From NCBI GenBank assembly GCA_964386355.1, contig CAYLQQ010000001.1, positions 12,256 to 76,255 on the forward strand: a stretch of 64,000 bases of DNA, given 5' to 3'. The notes under the pieces are model-generated. The model did not search any database. It worked only from the letters and a program-made list of their open reading frames with translations, and was not told the DNA's origin. The DNA comes from an uncultured Pseudomonadales bacterium. GTDB lineage: Bacteria; Patescibacteriota; Microgenomatia; UBA1400; UBA1449. Shown piece by piece: positions 28,354 through 38,019 of the stretch. The translations under genes and the position numbers were made by a program. Positions within the stretch are counted from its first letter, which is position 1; the number at the start of each line of letters is the position of its first letter.

Positions 28354-29466
28354 TTAACCGCCCCTGACTATTCGCAATACATCTGCAACGGTAATTAGTA
28401 CCATCAAGGTAACCAGAATTGCCATGCCAGCCATATTGATGTAAGCCTCGATCTTGGGCTTGATACGCTTGCCAATAGCTTTTTCCAGCATAATAAAGGC
28501 AAATCGTCCGCCATCCAGAGCCGGAAATGGCAGTATGTTTATGACAGCCAGATTGATCGATAAGATCCCCATAAATTTGATAACCGGAAGTATACCCTCT
28601 GCGGCAACTGTTTTGGTAATTTCATAGATCCCGACCACTCCACGAACTTCTGGTTTTTGTCCGGCAAATAAGCCAGATATCATCTGCCATAGACCCTCAA
28701 ACATCATCTTAGTCCAAGCAAACGCCTCTTCCAGGCCCACCTTGGTGCCTCTAAAGGGCATCTGCCAGGCAGGGTAAAACACATTGTCATAATTTGAAAC
28801 AGCCACACCAACTGCCCCTTCGCCTTCCGGAGGATTAACTCGGGGAGTTAGTTCAACAGCTACTTGCTGACTGTTTCTCTCAAGTAAAATAGCAACTGGC
28901 TGACCGGCTTTTGTTTTTAGATACTCAACAAATTCTGCTGTTTTAGCTTGGGTAAGCCCATCTATAGCCAATACCTTATCACCAGTTTGTATGCCCGCAG
29001 CCTGGGCTGGAGAATTAGGAGCTATTCCATCAACCACAATATAATCAACTTCCTGAGGTATGCCCCGTAATGAGTAAATTACAGAAAAACATACTATAGC
29101 CAAAACCATATTCATAAATACGCCGGCTAAAATAATTGCTACCCGTTGTTTTTTTGATTTGTTAAAAAATGCCCGCGGGTCTTTTGAGCCTTCAGCCTCA
29201 GCCTCCTGCTCGCCAAACATCCGCACAAATCCGCCAAAGGGTAACCAATTGATCGAATAAATTGTCTCGCCTACCTTTTTACCTATAGCTCTAGGAGGAT
29301 ATCCAAACCCAAATTCCTCAACTTTTACCCCTGTCCATTTGGCAACCAAGAAATGCCCCAGCTCATGGATAAGAACCACAATTGATAAAATAATTAAAAA
29401 TGTCAGAATTGGTGGTAACACAAAATACAGTATGAAGTATGAAGTATGAAGTATGTCCTTTCCCAC
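28354..29466 (-). CDS. rseP: RIP zinc metalloprotease RseP (site-2 protease with PDZ domain)
   Basis: HELGHF zinc motif inside the first TM helix, a PDZ region, and a C-terminal LDGG motif. An alternative GTG start at 29425 is possible. Confidence 0.85.
   Translation of the reverse strand: MGKDILHTSYFILYFVLPPILTFLIILSIVVLIHELGHFLVAKWTGVKVEEFGFGYPPRAIGKKVGETIYSINWLPFGGFVRMFGEQEAEAEGSKDPRAFFNKSKKQRVAIILAGVFMNMVLAIVCFSVIYSLRGIPQEVDYIVVDGIAPNSPAQAAGIQTGDKVLAIDGLTQAKTAEFVEYLKTKAGQPVAILLERNSQQVAVELTPRVNPPEGEGAVGVAVSNYDNVFYPAWQMPFRGTKVGLEEAFAWTKMMFEGLWQMISGLFAGQKPEVRGVVGIYEITKTVAAEGILPVIKFMGILSINLAVINILPFPALDGGRFAFIMLEKAIGKRIKPKIEAYINMAGMAILVTLMVLITVADVLRIVRGG
29431..29455. repeat. tandem heptamer repeat (TATGAAG x3.5); related copies sit at 6403-6430 and 58260-58290
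   Basis: Direct reading shows GAAGTAT/GAAGTAA heptamers in tandem at three separate loci. Confidence 0.6.
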
Positions 29467-29500
29467 TTCTTACTACGTACAACTTACTACCTGCAACTAT

Positions 29501-30070
29501 TTATACTTTCATTATCTCTTCTTCTTTTTCCTTAATGGCGTTGTCAATGGTTTCGATAGCGTTATCAGTGATCTTCTGTAATTCCTCAAGATCACGTTTG
29601 ATCATATCTTCGGATATACCAGCACCCTTCTCGTCTTCAATTAATTTTTTGTAGTGTGATCGTTCAGCTCTCACCATCGCCCTATGTGATTCAGCTTTTT
29701 GATTTATCAGTTTAACCAAATCCCTTCTAGTTTCCTCAGTTAAAGCAGGAATATTGATCCTGATTATTTCTCCGCTAACATTTGGATTTAACTTCAGATC
29801 AGACTCAGCAATACCCCGAACCAGATCTTTCATGATCGACTTATCCCAGGGTGTAATTACGATTGTTGCAGCATCAGGAGCAGAAATACTAGCAAGTTCC
29901 CTGACTTCCATCCAGCTCTGGTAGACATTCACTTTTAGGTTCTCAACTAAACTCGGTTTTGCCCGTCCGGTCTTTACTGTAGCTAAATCTTGACTAAAAA
30001 GTGTGGTAATTTTACCTGTTTTTTCTTCAAATTCTTGTAAGAATTGATTCATATGTATAATTGAATGCAA
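29501..30070 (-). CDS. frr: ribosome recycling factor
   Basis: About 185 aa. LKVNVYQSWMEVRELASISAPDAATIVITPWD and ALTEETRRDLVK match the RRF consensus. The start may be the internal ATG at 30052. Confidence 0.9.
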   Translation of the reverse strand: MHSIIHMNQFLQEFEEKTGKITTLFSQDLATVKTGRAKPSLVENLKVNVYQSWMEVRELASISAPDAATIVITPWDKSIMKDLVRGIAESDLKLNPNVSGEIIRINIPALTEETRRDLVKLINQKAESHRAMVRAERSHYKKLIEDEKGAGISEDMIKRDLEELQKITDNAIETIDNAIKEKEEEIMKV

Positions 30071-30151
30071 TGTGCATTCAAAACCTCTGATATTTGCTTA
30101 TTATAATAGCAAGAAAACTGTAATCAGCCAAACCCAATCTCAGAATAACGC

Positions 30152-31126
30152 TTGCTTGCAGATGCGAAAATACTTTATACTGTATATAGTATAAAAATAC
30201 AAAATCTGCCTATGTCACAAGATACTGCATTCACATTCAATAACAACCAAGGTGCTACTGTACAAGACATCACAATCCCCCCAGTCACCACACCTGTACC
30301 AAATACACCACTGCCTTCAGCTCCAGTAGGTTCAAACCAGCCAGTAATATCTTCTGTTATGGCTCCTCCTCCACCTCCTCAGACAATAATGACAGGAACT
30401 AATCAGGGTTTACCGAGCATATCAACTTTTGATTCATTTGACCCAAGTTCTAAAATACCCGTAGATGTACCTGCAACTGTCGTGAGTGAACCACAAAACA
30501 CTGTCGAACCTGAAACAACTGTATTACCAAGCTCAAACCAGAGTATGACTAGCCCTGTAAACATACCTATCCTAAATGCGGTTCCCACAGTACCTACTAC
30601 ACCTACACAACCTACATCGGATACAAACACAACCGCTACAGCTACTCCTGATTTTAGAGCACTAGCTGAAGAAATTGTCTCACACACTCCTGAACCACCA
30701 AACATACAAACGCAGGATAGTTCTATTCCACCGGAAATAAATGCTCTCCCTCAAACTCCACTCGCAAGCCCAGCAACTACACCGGTAGTAGATCCTCCTA
30801 CCCAAACCCCACCTCCACTTCCATCTACTGCCCCCGAACCGCAACTTGAAGCAGATCCATTTATACAAGAAGTTCATGAACAGGATGTAAAAGTTGAGCG
30901 TGATGCCCTAGAAACACTGATTAGCAGTAGCCGTATTGATCCGGAACTTAAAGAACACCTTAAAATAGAATTGTTGAAATTTAAAGAGATTGAGAACGAT
31001 ACGATCCCTCTTGGCCAGGATATAAATACAATTGCCGCTGAAGTCATGGCACCTGAAGCATCAGTAGAATCGCAAACACCCAATACTAATCCCATACAAA
31101 CGCTTCCACCCGAAATACCGATGTAA
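30152..31126 (+). CDS. proline/threonine-rich intrinsically disordered protein
   Basis: 324-aa ORF with more than 35% P/T/S/Q, no TM segment and no signal peptide recognised. Confidence 0.5.
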   Translation: MLADAKILYTVYSIKIQNLPMSQDTAFTFNNNQGATVQDITIPPVTTPVPNTPLPSAPVGSNQPVISSVMAPPPPPQTIMTGTNQGLPSISTFDSFDPSSKIPVDVPATVVSEPQNTVEPETTVLPSSNQSMTSPVNIPILNAVPTVPTTPTQPTSDTNTTATATPDFRALAEEIVSHTPEPPNIQTQDSSIPPEINALPQTPLASPATTPVVDPPTQTPPPLPSTAPEPQLEADPFIQEVHEQDVKVERDALETLISSSRIDPELKEHLKIELLKFKEIENDTIPLGQDINTIAAEVMAPEASVESQTPNTNPIQTLPPEIPM

Positions 31127-31135
31127 TTTTACCTT

Positions 31136-31456
31136 ATGGTGCATAGATATATATCATTGCCATGGAGCATCAGGCCAAAAATTAGAATAGTTTCCTATTA
31201 TTTAATTATTTTTCTAATATTTCTCATTGTTGGCATCATGATGCAGACAATGGCTCCCCCAAAGGTTTGGCTTGGCTCTCTCCCTTTACCCTTAGGCTTA
31301 GCTATTCAACATATAGAAGGAGTTTTTGTGATTCTCTTTGCAGTCTTGGGACTAGGTATTATGCTGTTTGTGAGCACAAAGCCAATCGTACAAATCCATT
31401 CTGATAAAATCTATATCTGCCGGCGCGTAAGCTCGAAATTCCATTTTCGGATTTAA
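31136..31456 (+). CDS. small membrane protein (2 predicted TM helices)
   Basis: 106 aa. The hydrophobic helices are IVSYYLIIFLIFLIVGIMM and VFVILFAVLGLGIMLFV. Confidence 0.4.
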   Translation: MVHRYISLPWSIRPKIRIVSYYLIIFLIFLIVGIMMQTMAPPKVWLGSLPLPLGLAIQHIEGVFVILFAVLGLGIMLFVSTKPIVQIHSDKIYICRRVSSKFHFRI

Positions 31457-31650
31457 AAGAAGTGCAAATTGCAGAAGATACATCGTTTAACATACATTGG
31501 CTCATGCTATATATGCACGATCCAAAAAAATATGCAGCCTAAGAAAAATTATCAAAAAACAACGATCTTAATGATGGTGCCGATCTGATTCTGGATTTTT
31601 CTCTGACTTCAAGACAGAACTGGCTGGCAGCATACGACTTGATTACAGAG

Positions 31651-31687
31651 TATATCAAAATAAAAAGGGCACATCAGTGATGTGCCC
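31651..31687 (-). terminator. rho-independent terminator of the rpsB-tsf operon
   Basis: Perfect 9-bp stem GGGCACATC/GATGTGCCC with a 3-nt loop, followed on the minus strand by TTTTTATTTT. Confidence 0.7.
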
Positions 31688-31709
31688 TAAAACTTCCAAT
31701 TCACAATTT

Positions 31710-32168
31710 CTATTCCCCTATCGCCATCCGGTGCATTTCCAGCACTACGATATTCTCACCCATCTTGGCTATAGCGGCTTTAACTAAATCCCCGATAGTC
31801 TGTTTGGGATCACGGATGTAAGCCTGTTCAAGAAGTTCTTCAATAGTCTGAGCATTCATGGAAGCTGTCTGCATAGCAATCTCTTTACACAAAGCCTGGT
31901 ATTCTTCAGTGTTAGCAACAAAATCAGTTTCACAACCGATTTTAACCAGAGCTCCCAATCTTCCATTATTATGAATGTAGGCATAAACTAAACCATCACC
32001 GGTTTGCCTATCAGCTTTTTTGGCTGCTTTTGCCAAACCCTGTTCTACCAGCCAAGCCTTAGCTTTTTCCATATCGCCTTTCGCTTCTTCCAAAGCTTTT
32101 TTTACTTCCATAACCCCGGCTTTGGTTTCTGCCCTGAGTTTTTTGATTTGATCCATTGAAATTGACAT
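31710..32168 (-). CDS. tsf: elongation factor Ts (short form)
   Basis: N-terminal UBA-like motif (IKKLRAETKAGVMEVKKALEEA) and the classic position immediately downstream of rpsB. Only 152 aa. Confidence 0.8.
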   Translation of the reverse strand: MSISMDQIKKLRAETKAGVMEVKKALEEAKGDMEKAKAWLVEQGLAKAAKKADRQTGDGLVYAYIHNNGRLGALVKIGCETDFVANTEEYQALCKEIAMQTASMNAQTIEELLEQAYIRDPKQTIGDLVKAAIAKMGENIVVLEMHRMAIGE

Positions 32169-32250
32169 AAAATAAAATGTTATTTGTCAGATGGTTAATT
32201 TTAAAAAACATATCCCCTTTTAACCATCTATCCAGCTAAACATCTAGCAA

Positions 32251-32970
32251 TTAATTATTAGTTTTCTCAGCTATCCCTTTTGCCTCAACGATATAGTCAG
32301 TAAATAGTTTGGTTAATAAACTTACTGAACGAACTGCATCGTCGTTGCCCGGAATAGGAAAATCAACCAGATTTGGATTGGCGTTCGAGTCTATGAGAGC
32401 AAATACCGGGATCTTTTTGGCACGTGCTTCACGCAATGCAGTTTTTTCTCTGGTAATATCTACGATAAACAATGCATCGGGTGGAGTTTTTAGATCCGCC
32501 ACACCGCCAAAAAATCTCTTGAGCCGCGACATTTCTTTCTCAAGGAGTACCCGTTCCTTTTTAGTGTAGTGTTTGAAAGATCCTGTCTCTAAACCTTTTT
32601 CAATCTCATGTATCCGTTTGATTGATTTTGAGATCTGATCCCAATTGCTAATCGTTCCACCTGGCCAACGGGTAACCATGTACGGCATTCCAGCTCGTAT
32701 GGCCTCATCCCGCACAAGAGCTGAAGCTTGACGCTTGGAAGCTACGAAGAGAATATTTTTCCCTGATAAAACCAGCTGTTTGGCAGCCTCACCTGCTTTA
32801 GCCAACGCTTCAGCTGTTTTGAGAAGATCAAAAATATGGATCCCATCTCGCGATTGCCAGATATAGGGAGCTACGTGTGGGTCCCAACGTTTTGACTGGT
32901 GGCCAAAGTGGACACCCGCTTCAAGCATTGTTTGTAATAACTGGGGAGAAATTGCAGAAACATCTGCCAT
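32251..32970 (-). CDS. rpsB: 30S ribosomal protein S2
   Basis: QLLQTMLEAGVHFGHQSKRWDP...IHIFDL matches the uS2 N-terminus. The likely start is MADVSAIS at 32970. Confidence 0.9.
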   Translation of the reverse strand: MADVSAISPQLLQTMLEAGVHFGHQSKRWDPHVAPYIWQSRDGIHIFDLLKTAEALAKAGEAAKQLVLSGKNILFVASKRQASALVRDEAIRAGMPYMVTRWPGGTISNWDQISKSIKRIHEIEKGLETGSFKHYTKKERVLLEKEMSRLKRFFGGVADLKTPPDALFIVDITREKTALREARAKKIPVFALIDSNANPNLVDFPIPGNDDAVRSVSLLTKLFTDYIVEAKGIAEKTNN

Positions 32971-33085
32971 AAAAACCTCCTTTTTCTTCCGATAAATCGG
33001 AACCTCCACATCTTAGGATTGTGTCATACTAATCTCGATTTAGTATAACGTATCCAGGACGGTATAGATGTGTGTGAGTTAAATA

Positions 33086-35923
33086 ATGTATTATAGTTCT
33101 GTAATACAGAACAAAACGTTATTTTATCAAAATATTTTCAGGTGCGCAAAACTAAATTCAAACATCAATCTTATGGATGTCAGTTCTGCATTTCGTTTAC
33201 ATATCAAGTATAATAGTCGCATGCCCGTATCTACTGCTCAAGAAACGCCACCTTTATCTTTTTTTGAGGTCCGCGTTCCCAAAACTTCAGAAACGTCGCC
33301 TGAGGCAATGGCAGCCTGTTTTCAGGGTTTGCCCCTTCCAAAATCATCACTTCTAGGCTTTTTGTTTAAAACGCATTACAGTTTATCCTTTGAGATCGTA
33401 GCTTGGAACCAGCGGATTTATTTTTTAGTAGCAGCTCCAACTCCGCTTGCTAGCTATTTTTCTAGCCAACTCATCGCACAGTATCCACAGGCCTTAGTCT
33501 CTCCAGTATCTGACTATTTTCCTCATTTATTCCCACCAAACTTGCCCCAAAAAGAACAGCTACTGTTTGTAACCTTGGGTAAGATGACCATGGCCTCACC
33601 ATACTATTTACCTTTCAAAACATACAAAGATTTTACAGATATTGATCCCTTATCCACAATCTTAGGTGCTCTGGCAAAAACTAATCCGGAGGACAAGATT
33701 ATTCTCCAGCATATTGTCACCAAAGCCCCAAGTAACTGGCAGCAGGAAGGCTACCATGTTGCCCAAAAAACGTATCCTACCTCTGATCCAAATAAAGTAA
33801 TTCCCAACCCCCAGAAATCACTGATCGAGCAAAAGATTGCCCAAACTGGTCTAACTGTTTCGATCCGCATCCTAGTTGTGGGTAAAGATCCATTCAAACG
33901 GGAAGCGCTGTTACAACAAATTGCCGGATCATATAGCGCTCTAGCTCACGGAGAGGCTAACAGGTTTGTACTCAAAAAACCGCTCCCTCTCACCAAAGAG
34001 AGATTTTTAGATCAGATAAGAAACCGTAGTCTTGACTATGGCAGCAGAATGCATGTCCTCACCGCTACTGAACTGGCAACCATATTTCACCTGCCTAACC
34101 AGAACCTGGTCAATATCCGTAATATAGCTTGGGGCGGAACTTTAAAAGGAGAACCTCCTGAAAATTTACCCATCGCAACAAATATGGCTGAAGAGGAAAA
34201 AACAGACGTAAACTTTTTTGCCAAAACGGAATTTAAAAACCAGGAAACGGTATTTGGAATCAAACGAAATGACCGACGCAAACACATGTACATTATTGGA
34301 AAGACAGGTACAGGTAAATCGACACTTATTGCCAACATGGCTATAAACGACATGCGCAATAACGAGGGCGTCTGTGTCATCGACCCTCACGGTGATTTGT
34401 GTGATATTATGCTTGATTACATTCCAAAGCATCGGATTAATGATGTTATCTACCTTGACCCAAACAATGCTGACTCTCCGTTCCGTATCAATCCTCTAGA
34501 AGTAACTAACCCTGAACAGGGTGAACTTGTAGCATCAGGAATCGTAGCTATTTTTCATAAGCTCTTTGCATATTCGTGGGGGCCCAGACTTGAATACATA
34601 CTGCGCAATACCATTCTCTCGCTTACCCATCACCCGAATGCAACGCTCTTAGATGTTCCCAGAATTCTTACCAACCAAAGTTTTCGGGCGAAAGTTGTAG
34701 ATCGCATTCCCGACGAGATGTTAAAGAGGTTTTGGATTGAAGAGTTTAATCAGCTTGACCAGCGAGCTAGAAACGAAGCTATTTCTCCTATTCTAAATAA
34801 GGTAGGCCAGTTTACGACGTTCCCAAAGATTAGGGCAATTCTTGAAAGACCTAAGTCAAGCGTTTCCATAGAAGACGCAATGAATACCGGAAAGATTATG
34901 ATCTTAAACCTTTCTCAGGGAAAAATTGGTGAGGACAACGCTGCACTTTTGGGTGCTATGATGATTACCCGCATCCAACTGGCTGCCATGAGCCGTGTCA
35001 ATATCCCCGAAGATCAGCGGCGAGATTTTTACCTCTACGTTGATGAGTTTCAAAATTTTGCCACTTCATCATTTGTCAAAATTCTTTCTGAAGCGCGAAA
35101 GTACCGGCTTAATCTGGTCGTTGCCAACCAGTACAGGGCTCAGGTACCAGAAGAAGTTCAACAGGCTATTTTTGGCAACGTCGGAACGCTGGCTTCATTT
35201 CTGGTCGGTGCAGATGACGCAGCAGTTCTCAAAAAAGAGTATGGCGGAACGTATGAAGAATCTGACCTTGTGAACCTTAACAACTTTGAGATCGTGCTCA
35301 AACTTTCTATTGAAAATAAAACTTCGTTACCTTTCCCCGCCAAAACCCTACCACTACCCTACTCCAAAAACCAAAACCGGGAGAAAGTAATCAGGCTCTC
35401 GACAGAGCGATATGGAAAACCAAATAAAATACTGCAAGACACTGACTATCAAACACCATTAGTTACGACAGATAAACCAGATAGTATTATTAGTCAGAAT
35501 AAACGGTTTGTAGTCGAAGAGGTGGGTCAGAAAACTGCAAGTACACCACCCCAACTTGATACCCACTTTCAGAAATTGGCAGTTCCTTTTGATGTTTCTT
35601 CACAAAGCCAAGAGAAAACTCATAACCAAAACAATAAATCAGTATCTCCCCAACGAAAGGCTGCTGAAGAGGCTTTAGCAAAGCTGGGCCTAGCAACTGT
35701 TATGCCAACAACAACAACTCCTAAAACCTATACGCCCCAAAAACATCACCAGGAAAAACAAACACAAAGTCAGCTTCAAGACGCACGCACCAATAAACAA
35801 CAGAAACACCCTAAAACTCACCAGGCAAAACCAAAAGCGATATTTGAATCTGCAAAAAAGTCATCCAAACCAATCTCTCATATAAAACGGCCGAGGTTTG
35901 TGGTGGAAGAGGTCAAAGAGTAA
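33086..35923 (+). CDS. VirD4/TraD-like P-loop ATPase (type IV coupling-protein-like) with an N-terminal domain and a long low-complexity C-terminal tail
   Basis: Walker A HMYIIGKTGTGKST, VIDPHGD, and a TraG-D_C-like segment FYLYVDEFQNF...ARKYRLNLVVANQ. The C-terminal 200 aa are K/Q/T/P-rich. The true start is possibly the ATG near 33221. Confidence 0.55.
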   Translation: MYYSSVIQNKTLFYQNIFRCAKLNSNINLMDVSSAFRLHIKYNSRMPVSTAQETPPLSFFEVRVPKTSETSPEAMAACFQGLPLPKSSLLGFLFKTHYSLSFEIVAWNQRIYFLVAAPTPLASYFSSQLIAQYPQALVSPVSDYFPHLFPPNLPQKEQLLFVTLGKMTMASPYYLPFKTYKDFTDIDPLSTILGALAKTNPEDKIILQHIVTKAPSNWQQEGYHVAQKTYPTSDPNKVIPNPQKSLIEQKIAQTGLTVSIRILVVGKDPFKREALLQQIAGSYSALAHGEANRFVLKKPLPLTKERFLDQIRNRSLDYGSRMHVLTATELATIFHLPNQNLVNIRNIAWGGTLKGEPPENLPIATNMAEEEKTDVNFFAKTEFKNQETVFGIKRNDRRKHMYIIGKTGTGKSTLIANMAINDMRNNEGVCVIDPHGDLCDIMLDYIPKHRINDVIYLDPNNADSPFRINPLEVTNPEQGELVASGIVAIFHKLFAYSWGPRLEYILRNTILSLTHHPNATLLDVPRILTNQSFRAKVVDRIPDEMLKRFWIEEFNQLDQRARNEAISPILNKVGQFTTFPKIRAILERPKSSVSIEDAMNTGKIMILNLSQGKIGEDNAALLGAMMITRIQLAAMSRVNIPEDQRRDFYLYVDEFQNFATSSFVKILSEARKYRLNLVVANQYRAQVPEEVQQAIFGNVGTLASFLVGADDAAVLKKEYGGTYEESDLVNLNNFEIVLKLSIENKTSLPFPAKTLPLPYSKNQNREKVIRLSTERYGKPNKILQDTDYQTPLVTTDKPDSIISQNKRFVVEEVGQKTASTPPQLDTHFQKLAVPFDVSSQSQEKTHNQNNKSVSPQRKAAEEALAKLGLATVMPTTTTPKTYTPQKHHQEKQTQSQLQDARTNKQQKHPKTHQAKPKAIFESAKKSSKPISHIKRPRFVVEEVKE

Positions 35924-35924
35924 C

Positions 35925-36755
35925 CTATTTAAGTAGATTGTTGATCTGTTGGTTATAATTGATAACAACCTTACGAGATTCCTCAGCAAAGTTATCTCTA
36001 TCAGAAGCAAAAATTACACTTCTAGAAGCATTGACTATAAAATTACGTCCGCGCAATGCGCGCAAGTCATTAATATCACCCCCCTGAGCTCCTAAACCAG
36101 CTATAAGAAAAAACTGATCAGTTGGTGATAGGTCAATGACCCGTTTAAGTACTTTAGGATACGTTAATGGGCATTCGATTAGAATATTTCCTGTTTTGTT
36201 CCAGAAATTGCATACAAGCTTTGTAACGTGTTCATATAGAAAATCACCATTTTTCAAAACCACATCCTGAACTTCACCTGCAGAAGGATTAGAATCGTGG
36301 CATAGTACAAACGCAGCTTTACCCTCGCAATGTAAAAATGGTTCTAATGTATCAAACCCAAACCAAGGGGTAATGGTAAATGCGTCAAAAAGTAGTTCGT
36401 CAAAAAGCTCTCTAGCTACCAATTCAGCACTTCGTTTCATTTCACTTCTCTTGCAATCAGCGATGATTCTAATTTCAGGATAGTTCTTTTTGATATATTC
36501 ATTTGTCTTTTTGAGGGTTTTAATTCCTTCTATTCCGTAACCTGCATAAAACGAGTTATTCATTTTATATAATGAGGCAATATCTGCAGTGCTATCAATG
36601 ATAGCTTTATTGAATATAAACAGTGCTTTTCCAAGAGTATTGTTCTTTTTTACAATGTCCGGTAGTTTTTCATAATCAGAATCTAGCCCAACACAGATAT
36701 GGGATTTTTTAATACTTATTTGATCGGCTACATGTTTTACAAAAAGTGTATTCAT
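35925..36755 (-). CDS. pyrF: orotidine 5'-phosphate decarboxylase (type 2)
   Basis: ICVGLD, IIADCKR (catalytic Lys) and a C-terminal GLGAQGG phosphate-binding motif. Confidence 0.8.
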   Translation of the reverse strand: MNTLFVKHVADQISIKKSHICVGLDSDYEKLPDIVKKNNTLGKALFIFNKAIIDSTADIASLYKMNNSFYAGYGIEGIKTLKKTNEYIKKNYPEIRIIADCKRSEMKRSAELVARELFDELLFDAFTITPWFGFDTLEPFLHCEGKAAFVLCHDSNPSAGEVQDVVLKNGDFLYEHVTKLVCNFWNKTGNILIECPLTYPKVLKRVIDLSPTDQFFLIAGLGAQGGDINDLRALRGRNFIVNASRSVIFASDRDNFAEESRKVVINYNQQINNLLK

Positions 36756-36771
36756 ATTTAGACATTAATAC

Positions 36772-38013
36772 TTAATAATCTAAGTATCTTCCAGAGTCTT
36801 TTTTAGCTTGAATATCGGGCACTGCTTGAGGTGCTAATTTATCCAAATCAGCTTGAATTGGATACGTCCCAACTATTTCTACTCCATTTGCTTCAAAAGC
36901 TGCAAATTTTGTTCTATTATTAGATGCGACTCTCGCAGCTTTTAATCCAGTAATTTGCCTCACAACAGATACTAATTCGTAGGTACGTAAATCTCCTGGT
37001 AATCCCAACTCAGACTCGCGTGCCGTTAAGAGGTCTGTTACTCCACGACCAGTGTATTGTGTCTGGGCAAATTTAAGTGCTAAACCAAGATCCATTCCTT
37101 CTTCATCACCATATATTATCATGCCTGAACCATGTTCTTGAATATACCCCAATGTCTGCTGTAATTGGAAATGGCAATCACATCCATTACCACCTAGTTC
37201 AGCTGTAATACAAGCAGAGTGATATCTAACAACTGGAATAGTGTTGGCAATATCTCCCACACTAAATACGTAATGTCGCTTAGGTCTCTTGTTATAGTCT
37301 CGAATTTCCGATTTTACAGGCTCTTCAATTACTCTTAATCTCGCCGGATTACCACCACGAAACGTTACCGGTATATCGGCAGTGAGAATAAAGGGGCTAC
37401 CCTTCGAACCTCTATATATTTCCAACGCCCTTGGTGAAGCCAGTAATTTATTTCTTGTTGAGCAAGGTCCTGCAAGAAATGGAGAATTATATCTAATATC
37501 AGAAACACCCATGCCCCTTAAAATATCGCGCATCGTTTGAGGACTATCCACTGGGGGTGTAAATGTATCCAGAGAAACATACATTGCTGCAGTAGGGTCA
37601 GTATTGTATAGGCTTTGGATAGCAGTTTCTTTTCTATCTCCACAGCCACAATCTACATCGAAATATCCACCTGGACATAGAGTATCCATTTCAACTAATG
37701 CTTCATTTCGCAACTCAGCTTGAGAACCATGGCTGTAAACAATATGCCGCAATGCACCATAATCAGGGCTATAACTGCCCAATAAATGCATAGCTTCCAA
37801 TTCTCCAGGTTGTGAAGCAACCATTTGCTCACCTCTTGCTAAATAAACCACTGAAGAAGATACCTTCCCAATCAATTCATAGCCTGGAAGTCGAGCAAGA
37901 CCGCTCCGCTGAGCTAACAGTGCTCGTTCGTTAACAACTGCAGCATCTAACAGTCCATTCGGAAATGTTGGCCATTCATACCTACTACCAATATTACCTA
38001 ATCTTTCTGCCAT
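36772..38013 (-). CDS. two-domain protein: a novel 220-aa N-terminal domain plus a GTP cyclohydrolase II (RibA)-like C-terminal domain with a non-canonical motif
   Basis: VRYHSACITAELGGNGCDCHFQLQQTLGYIQEHGSGMIIY parallels RibA VRVHSECLTGD...CDCGFQL...G.GVLLY, with the zinc Cys triad pattern retained. The downstream GDEEGMDLGL replaces the RibA QEGRGIGL motif. Confidence 0.55.
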   Translation of the reverse strand: MAERLGNIGSRYEWPTFPNGLLDAAVVNERALLAQRSGLARLPGYELIGKVSSSVVYLARGEQMVASQPGELEAMHLLGSYSPDYGALRHIVYSHGSQAELRNEALVEMDTLCPGGYFDVDCGCGDRKETAIQSLYNTDPTAAMYVSLDTFTPPVDSPQTMRDILRGMGVSDIRYNSPFLAGPCSTRNKLLASPRALEIYRGSKGSPFILTADIPVTFRGGNPARLRVIEEPVKSEIRDYNKRPKRHYVFSVGDIANTIPVVRYHSACITAELGGNGCDCHFQLQQTLGYIQEHGSGMIIYGDEEGMDLGLALKFAQTQYTGRGVTDLLTARESELGLPGDLRTYELVSVVRQITGLKAARVASNNRTKFAAFEANGVEIVGTYPIQADLDKLAPQAVPDIQAKKDSGRYLDY

Positions 38014-38019
38014 ACTTAC

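Noticed and set aside
34087-34432. Minus-strand ORFs within the VirD4-like ATPase gene
   Set aside because: They are antisense to the conserved Walker A and P-loop region of a 945-aa ORF and are not independent genes.
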